Part shown: in pieces, positions 56,111 to 64,000 of the stretch
How positions within the stretch are numbered: position 1 is the first letter of the stretch
Layout: each line of letters starts with the position of its first letter
Assembly: GCF_009914755.1 (NCBI RefSeq)
Contig: NC_060933.1
Reading direction: 5' to 3' (one strand)
Length of the DNA: 64,000 nucleotides
Origin: the human T2T-CHM13v2.0 reference genome, Homo sapiens
Made by a program: the position numbers and the translations under genes
Notes under the pieces: generated by a model
Seen by the model: the letters and a program-made list of their open reading frames with translations, nothing else
The model's database searches: none
Told to the model about the DNA's origin: nothing

Positions 56111-59100
56111 GGAATGGAATGGAATGGAATGGAATTGAATGGAATCAACCCGATTGCAATGGAATGGAGTGGAATGGAATGGAATGGAATGGAACAACCC
56201 GAATGGAATGGAATGTAATGGAGAGTAAGGGAGTTGAATAGAATCAATCCGAATGTAATGGAATGGAATGGAACGGAATGGAATTGAATGGAATGGAATG
56301 GAATGCAATGGAATGGAATCAACCCGAGTGCAATGGAATGGAGAGGAATGGAATGGAATGCAATGGAAACTACCCGAATGGAATGTAATGGAGTGTAAGG
56401 GAATTGAATAGAATCAATCCGAATGTAATGGAATGGAATGCAACGGAATGGAGTGGAATGGAATGGAATGGAATGGAATGGAATGCAATGGAATGGAATC
56501 ACCCCCAGTGCAATCAAATGGAATCGAATGGAATGGAATGCAATGGAATGGATTCAACTTGAATGGAATGGAAAGAATGGAATCAACACGAGTGGAATGG
56601 CATGGATTGGAATGGAATGGAATGGAATCAACCCGAGTACAGGGGAATGGAATGGAATGGAATGCAATGGAATGGAATCAACCGTAATGGAATGGAAAGG
56701 AATGGAATAGAATGGAATGGAATGGAATGGAGTGGAATGGAATGGAATGGAATCAAATCGATTGCAATCGAATGGAATGGAATGGAATTAACCCGAATAG
56801 AATGGAATGGAATGGAATGGAACGGAACGGAATGGAATGGAATGGAATGGAATGGAATGGAACGGAATGGAACGCAACGGAATGGAATGGAATGGAATGG
56901 AATCAACGCGAGTGCAGGGGAATGGAATGGAATGGAATGCAATGGAATGGAATCTTCCGGAATGGAATGGAATGGAATGGAATGGAATGAAATGCAATGG
57001 AGTCAAATCGATTGCAATCGAATGGAATAGAATGGAATGGAATGGAATGGAATGGAATTAATCCGAATAGAATGGAATGGAATGCAATGGAACGGAATGG
57101 AACGGAATGGAATGGAATGGAATGGAATGGAATTGTATGGAATGGAATGGAATGGTACGGAATAGAATGGAATGGAACGAATTGAAATGGAATGGAATTG
57201 AATGGAATGGAATGGAATGCAATGGAATCAACGCGAGTGCAGGGGAATGTAATGGAAAGGAATGCAATGGAATGGAATCATCCGGAATGGAATGGAATGG
57301 AATGGAATGGAATGGAATCAACCCGAGTGCAATGCAATGGAGTGGAATGGAATGGAATGGAATGGAACAACCAGAATGGAATGGAATGTAATGGAGAGTA
57401 AGGGAGTTGAATAGAATCAATCCGAAAGTAATGGAATGGAATGGAACGGAATGGAATGGAATGGAATGGAATGGAATGGAATGGAATGGAATCAACTCGA
57501 TTGCAATCGAACGGAATGGAATGGAATTAACCCGAATAGAATGGAATGGAATGGAATGGAACGGAACGGAACGGAATGGAATGGATTGGAATGGAATGGA
57601 ATGGAATGGAATGGAACGGAAAGGAATGGAATGGAATGGAATGGAATGGAATGGAATGGAATGGAATGGAATCAACGCGAGTGCAGGGGAATGGAATGGA
57701 ATGGAATGCAATGGAATGGAATCTTCCGGAATGGAATGGAATGGAATGGAATGGAATGGAATGGAATGGAATAAACCCGAGTGCATGGGAATGGAATGGA
57801 ATGGAATGCAATGGAATGGAATCAACCCGAGTGCAATGGAATGGAGTGGAATGGAATGGAATGGAATGGAACAACCCGAATGGAATGGAATGTAATGGAG
57901 AGTAAGGGAGTTGAATAGAATCAATCCGAATGTAATGGAATGGAATGGAAAGGAATGGAATTGAATGGAATGGAATGGACTGCAATGGAATGGAATCAAC
58001 CCGAGTGTAATGGAATGGAGAGGAATGGAATGGAATGCAATGGAAACTACCCAAATGGAATGTAATGGAGTGTAAGGGAATTGAATAGAATCAATCCGAA
58101 TGTAATGGAATGGAATGGAACGGAATGGAATGGAATGGAATGGAATGGAATGGAATGCAATGGAATGGAATCAACCCGAGTGCAGGGGAATGTAATGGAA
58201 CGGAATGCAATGGAATGGAATCATCCGGAATGGAATGGAATGGAATGGAATGGAATCAACCCGAGTGCAATGGAATGGAGTGGAATGGAATGGAATGGAA
58301 TGGAACAACCCGAATAGAATGGAATTTAATGGAGAGTAAGGGAGTTGAAAAGAATCAATCCGAATGTAATGGAATGGAATGGAACGGAATGGAATGGAAT
58401 GGAATGGAATGGAATGGAATGCAATGGAATGGAATAAACCCGAGTACAATGGAATGGAATGGAATGGAATGGAATGGAATGGAATGGAATGGAATGCAAT
58501 GGAATGGAATCTTCCGGAATGGAATGGAATGGAATGGAATGGAATCCAATGGATTCAAATCGATTGCAATGGAATGGAATAGAATGGAATGGAATGGAAT
58601 GGAATGGAATGGAATTAAACCGAATAGAATGGAATGGAATGGAATGGAACGGAATGGACCGGAACGGAACGGAACGGACTGGAATGGAATGGAATGGAAT
58701 TGTATGCAATGGAATGGAATGGTACGGAATAGAATGGAATGGAAAGAATTGGAATGGAATGGAATCGAATGGAATGGAATGGAATGGAATGGAATCAACC
58801 CGAGTGCAGGGGAATGAAATGGAACGGAATGCAATGGAATGGAATCATCCGGAATGGAATGGAATGGAATGGAATGGAATGGAATGGAATGGAATCAATC
58901 CGAGTGCAATGGAATGGAGTGGAATGGAATGGAATGGAATGGAACAACCCGAATGGAATGGAATGTAATGGAGAGTAAGGGAGTTGAAGAGAATCAATCC
59001 GAATGAAATGGAATGGAATGCAACGGAATGGAATGGAATGGAATGGAATGGAATGGACTGGAATGGAATGGAATGGAATGGAATGGAATGCCTTCAAACC

Positions 59101-62100
59101 GAATGGAATGGAAAGGAATGAAATCAACACGAGTGGAATGGAATGGAATGGAATGGAATGGAATGATATGGAATAGAATGGAATGGAACGAAATGGAATG
59201 GAATGGAATGGAATGGAATGGAATGGAATGGAATGGAATGGAATCGTTCCGAGTAGAATAGGAGGGAATGTATTCGAGTGGAATGGAAAGGAATGGAATC
59301 AACCAGAGTGGAATGGAAGGGAATGGAATGGAATGGAAACTAATAGAATGGAATCAACCCGAGTGGAATGGAATGGAAAGGACTGGAATGGAAAGGAATG
59401 GAATTGAATGGAATGGAATGGAATGGAATGGAATCAACGCGAGTGCAGGGGAATGGAATGGAATGGAATGGAATGGAATGGAATGGAATTTAATCAACCC
59501 GAGTGCAGGGGAATGTAATGGAACGGAATGCAATGGAATGGAATCATCCGGAATGGAATGCAATGGAATGGAATGGAATCAACCCGAGTGCCATGGAATG
59601 GAGTGGAATGGAATGGAATTGAATGGAACAATCCGAATGGAATGGAATGTAATGGAGAGTAAGGGAGTTGAAAAGAATCAATCCGAATGTAATGGAATGG
59701 AACGGAATGGAATGGAATGGAATGGAATGGAATGGAATGGAATGAAATGGAATGGAATGCAATGGAATGGAATCAACCCGAGTACAATGGAATGGAATGG
59801 AATGGAATGGAATGGAATGGAATGGAATGGAATGGAATGGAATGGAATGATACTGAACAGAATGGAATGGAACGAAATGGAATGGAATGGAATGGAATGG
59901 AATGGAATGGAATGGAATCGTTCCGAGTGGAATAGGAGGGAATGTATTCGAGTGGAATGGAAAGGAATGGAATCAACCAGAGTGGAATGGAAGGCAATGG
60001 AATGGAATGGAAACTAATAGAATGGAATCAACCCGAGTGGAATGGAATGGAAAGGACTGGAATGGAATGGAATGGAATGGAATCAACTCGATTGTAATGG
60101 AATGGAATGGAATGGAATGGAATGGAATGGAATGGAATGGAATGGAATCAATCCGAGTGCAATGGAATGGAGTGGAATGGAATGGAATGGAATGGAACAA
60201 CCTGAATGGAATGGAATGGAATGGAGAGTAAGGGAGTTGAATAGAATCAATCCGAATGTAACGGAATTGAATGGAACGGAATGGAATTGAATGGAATGGA
60301 ATGGAATGCAATGGAATGGAATCAACCCGAGTGCAATGGAATGGAGAGGAATGGAATGGAATGGAATGGAAACTACCCGAATGGAATGGAATGTAATGGA
60401 GTGTAAGGGAATTGAATAGAATCAATCCGAATGTAATGGAATGGAATGCAACGGAATGGCATGGAATGGAATGGAATGGAATGGAATGGAATGGAATGGA
60501 ATGGAATGGAATTGTACGGAATAGAATGGAATGGAAAGAATTGGAATGGAATGGAATCGAATGGAATGGAATGGAATGGAATCAACCCGAGTGCAGGGGA
60601 ATGTAATGGAACGGAATGTAATGCAATGGAATCATCCGGAATGGAATGGAATGGAATGGAATGGAATGGAATGGAATGGAACCAACTCGATTGTGATGGA
60701 ATGGAATGGAATGGAATGGAATGGAATGGAATGGAATGGAATGGAATGGAATTAACCCGAATACAATGGAATGCAACGGAATGGAACGGAATGGAGTGGA
60801 ATGGAATGGAATCAACCCGAGTGCAGGGGAATGGAATGGAATGAAATGCAATGGAATGGAATCATCCGGAATGGAATGGAATGGAATGGAATGCAAAGCA
60901 ATGGAATCAACTCGATTGCAATGGAATGGAATGGAATGGAAAGGAATACATTGGAATCAACCCGAGTGGAATGGAATGGAAAGGACTGGAATGGAGTGGA
61001 ATGGAATGGAATGGAATGGAATGGAATCAACTCGATTGAAATGGAATGGAATGGAATGGAATGGAATGGAATGGAATGGAATTAACCCGAATAGATTGCA
61101 ATGGAATGGAATGGAATGGAACGGAACGGAACGGAACGGAACGGAACGGAATGGAATGGAATGGAATGGAATCAACCCGAGTGCAGGGGAATGGAATGGA
61201 ATGGAAGGCAATGGAATGACATCATTCGGAATTGAATGGAATGGAATGGAATGGAATGCAATCAACTCGATTGAAATGGAATGGAATGGAATGGAATGGA
61301 ATGGAATGGAATGAAAGTGAATGGAATGGAATGTAATGAAACCGAGTGCAGGGGAATGGAATGGAATGGAATGCAATGGAATGGAGTCATCCGGAATGGA
61401 ACGGAATGGAATGGAATGGAATCAACCCGAGTGCAATGGAATGGAATGGAATGGAAAGGAATGGAATGGAATGGACTCAACCCGAATGGAATGGAAAGGA
61501 ATGGAATCAACCCGAGTGCAGTGGAATGGAATTGAATGGAATGCAATGGAGTGGATTCAACTTGAATGGAATGGAAAGAATGGAATCAACACCAGTGGAA
61601 TGGCATGGATTGGAATGGAATGGAATGGAATCAACCCGAGTACAGGGGAATGGAATGTAATGGAATGCAATGGAATGGAATCATCCGTAATGGAATGGAA
61701 AGGAATGGAATGCAATGGAATGGAATGGAATGGAATGGAATGGAATGGAATGGAATGGAATCAACTCGATTGCAGTCGAATGGAATGGAATGGAATTAAC
61801 CCCAATAGAATGGAATGGAATGGAATGGAACGGAACGGAAGGGAACGGAACGGAATGGAATGGAATGCAATGGAATGGAACGGAAAGGAATGGAATGGAA
61901 TGGAATGGAATCGAATGGAATGGAATGGAATCAACGCGAGTGCAGGGGAATAGAATGGAATGGAATGCAATGGAATGGAATCTTCCGGAATGGAATGGAA
62001 TGGAATGGAATGGAATGGAATTAACCCGAATAGAATGGAATGGAATGGAATGCAACGGAACGGAATGGAATGGAATGGAATGGAACGGAACGGAATGGAA

Positions 62101-63519
62101 TGGAATGGAATGGAATGGAATGGAATGGAATGGAATGGAATCAACGAGAGTGCAGGGAATGGAAAGTAATGGAATGCAATGGAATGGAATCTTCCGGAAT
62201 GGAATGGAATGGAATGGAATGGAATCAACCCGAGTGGAATGGAATGGAATGGAATGCAAGAACCCGAATGGAATGGAATGTAATGGAGTGTAAGGGAGTT
62301 GAATAGAATCAATCCGAATGTAATGGAATGGAATGGAATGGAACGGAATGGAATTGAATGGAATGGAATGGAATGCAATGGAATGGAATCAACCCGAATG
62401 CAATGGAATGGAGAGGAATGGAATGGAATGGAGTGGAAACTACCCGAATGGAATGGAATGTAATGGAGTGTAAGGGAATTGAATAGAATCAAAGCGAATG
62501 TAATGGAAAGGAATGGAACTGAATGGAATGGAATGGAATGGAATGGAATGGAATGGAATGGAATGCAATGGAATGGAATCAACCCGAGTGCAATCGAATG
62601 GAATCGAATGGAATGGAATGCAATGGAATGGAATCAACTCGATTGCAATCGAATGGAATGGAATGGAATTAACCCGAATAGAATGGAATGGAACGGAATG
62701 GAAAGGAACGGAATCGAATGGAATGGAATGGAATGGAATGGAACGGAATGGAATGGAATGGAATCAACGCGAGTGCAGGGGAATGTAATGGAACGGAATG
62801 CAATGGAATGAAATCATCCGGAATGGAATGGAATGGAATGGAATGGAATGGAATCAACCCGAGTGCAATGGAATGGAGTGGAATGGAATGGAATGGAATG
62901 GAACAACCCGAATGGAATGGAACGTAATGGAGAGTAAGGGAGTTGAATAGAATCAATCCGAATGTAATGGAATGGAATGCAACGGAATGGAAAGGAATGG
63001 AATGCAATGGAATGCAATCAACCCGAGTACAATGGAATGGAATGGAATGGAATGGAATGGAATGGAATGGAATGGAATGGAATGGAATCAACCCGAGTGC
63101 AATGGAATGGAGTGGAATGGAATTGAATGGAATGGAACATCCCGAATGGAATGGAATGTAATGGAGAGTAAGGGAGTTGAATAGAATCAATCCGAATGTA
63201 ATGGAATGGAATGGAAAGGAATGGAATGGAATGGAATGGAATGGAATGCAATGGAATGGAATCAACCCGAGTACAATGGAACGGAATGGAATGTAATGTA
63301 ATGGAATGGAATGGAATGGAATGGAATGGAATGGAATCAACCCGAGTGCAATGGAATGGAGAGGAATGGAATGGAATGGAATGGAATGGAATGGCTTCAA
63401 ACCGAATGGAATGGAAAGGAATGGAATCAACACGAGTGGAATGGAATAGAATGGAATGGAATGGAATGGAATGGAATGGTATGGAATAGAATGGAATGGA
63501 AAGAAATGGAATGGAATGG

Positions 63520-63890
63520 AATGGAATGGAATGGAATGGAATCGTTCCGAGTAGAATAGGAGGGAATGTATTCGAGTGGATTGGAAAGGAATGGAATCAA
63601 CCAGAGTGGAATGGAAGGGAATGGAATGTAATGGAAACTAATAGAATGGAATCAACCTGAGTGGAATGGAATGGAAAGGACTGGAATGGAATGGAATGGA
63701 ATGGAATGGAATGGAATGGAATCGTTCCGAGTAGAATAGGAGGGAATGTATTCGAGTGGATTGGAAAGGAATGGAATCACCAGAGTGGAATGGAAGGGAA
63801 TGGAATGGAATGGAAACTAATAGAATGGAATCAACCTGAGTGGAAAGGAATGGAAAGGACTGGAATGGAATGGAATGGAATGGAATGGAA
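63520..63890 (-). repeat. 180-bp tandem duplication
   Basis: ATCGTTCCGAGTAGAATAGGAGGGAATGTATTCGAGTGGATTGG at 63541 and 63721. Both copies carry GGATTGG and AACCTGAG variants. Confidence 0.92.
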
Positions 63891-64000
63891 TGGAATGGAA
63901 TGAACTCGATTGTAATGGAATGGAATGGAATGGAATGGAATGGAATGGAATTAACCCAAATACAATGGAATGGAATGGAATGGAACGGAATGGAGTGGAA

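Larger units (their letters stand above)
52560..58990 (-). repeat. Direct paralogs ~52560-53200 and ~58330-58990 (offset ~5765)
   Basis: Shared GAATTAAACCG, GGAATTGTATG and GGAAAGAATTGG variants in the same order. Confidence 0.8.
48857..62200. promoter_or_regulatory. Cluster of 9 perfect heat-shock-element matches (nGAAnnTTCnnGAAn), right arm
   Basis: GGAATCTTCCGGAAT 15-mers start at 48857, 52730, 55057, 56096, 56949, 57718, 58506, 61977 and 62186. The consensus match is seen directly; binding is not shown. Confidence 0.6.
19685..64000 (-). repeat. Satellite III (HSat3) array, opposite orientation ((GAATG)n on +)
   Basis: Continuous GGAAT pentamers with CAACCCGAGT / TTAACCCGAAT / CAACTCGATTGC spacers. 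These are the reverse complements of the motifs in 1-19684. Confidence 0.98.

Noticed and set aside
22-63903. Hundreds of ORFs up to 410 aa (e.g. 4822..6054, 27799..28932, 42194..43288)
   Set aside because: A pure 5-bp repeat has no stop codon in any frame and translates to poly-MEWNG or poly-IPFHS. The ORFs overlap in all six frames with no domain content, so there is no evidence of coding.
1-64000. CRISPR-like alternation of constant motifs and variable intervals
   Set aside because: The intervals are pentamer repeats rather than unique spacers, there are no cas genes, and the context is a eukaryotic satellite.
1-64000. EWS-FLI1-type GGAA microsatellite, telomeric repeat or G-quadruplex
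   Set aside because: The period is 5 (GGAAT), not (GGAA)n or TTAGGG, and GGG tracts are isolated rather than clustered in fours.
1-64000. Transposon (Alu/L1), alpha-satellite or HSat2 content
   Set aside because: No non-pentamer stretch longer than ~30 bp, no poly-A tail or target-site duplication, and no HSat2-type CATTCGATTC/GATGATTCC-dominated pattern.
1-64000. Assignment to chromosome 9q12 (HSat3B5)
   Set aside because: Plausible given the motif style and the strand switch, but related arrays exist on other chromosomes and in apes. It requires alignment to a complete assembly.

Overview
The whole 64 kb is a primate (human-type) Satellite III / HSat3 array. It consists of (CATTC)n/(GAATG)n pentamer runs punctuated by the classic SatIII decamer A(C/T)TCGGGTTG / CAACCCGA(G/A)T and a small vocabulary of other spacer motifs. 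I see no genes, RNA genes, transposons or CRISPR arrays; all listed ORFs are translation artefacts of the 5-bp period (MEWNG / IPFHS). The structure of interest is in the array itself. (1) A single clean strand switch (inversion breakpoint) lies at ~19683-19686 with 2-4 bp microhomology. (2) A near-identical 3-copy ~3.77-kb higher-order repeat spans 36257-47590, with a diverged fourth relative upstream. (3) A separate 2-copy ~3.7-kb tandem duplication spans ~4890-12212. (4) Two sequence sub-types (A and B) are arranged roughly A-B|B-A around the inversion, with many kb-scale shuffled inverted paralogous blocks. (5) Sixteen perfect three-pentamer heat-shock elements (nGAAnnTTCnnGAAn) occur only in sub-type A domains. 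All coordinates and counts were read by eye; the chromosome cannot be determined from the sequence alone.
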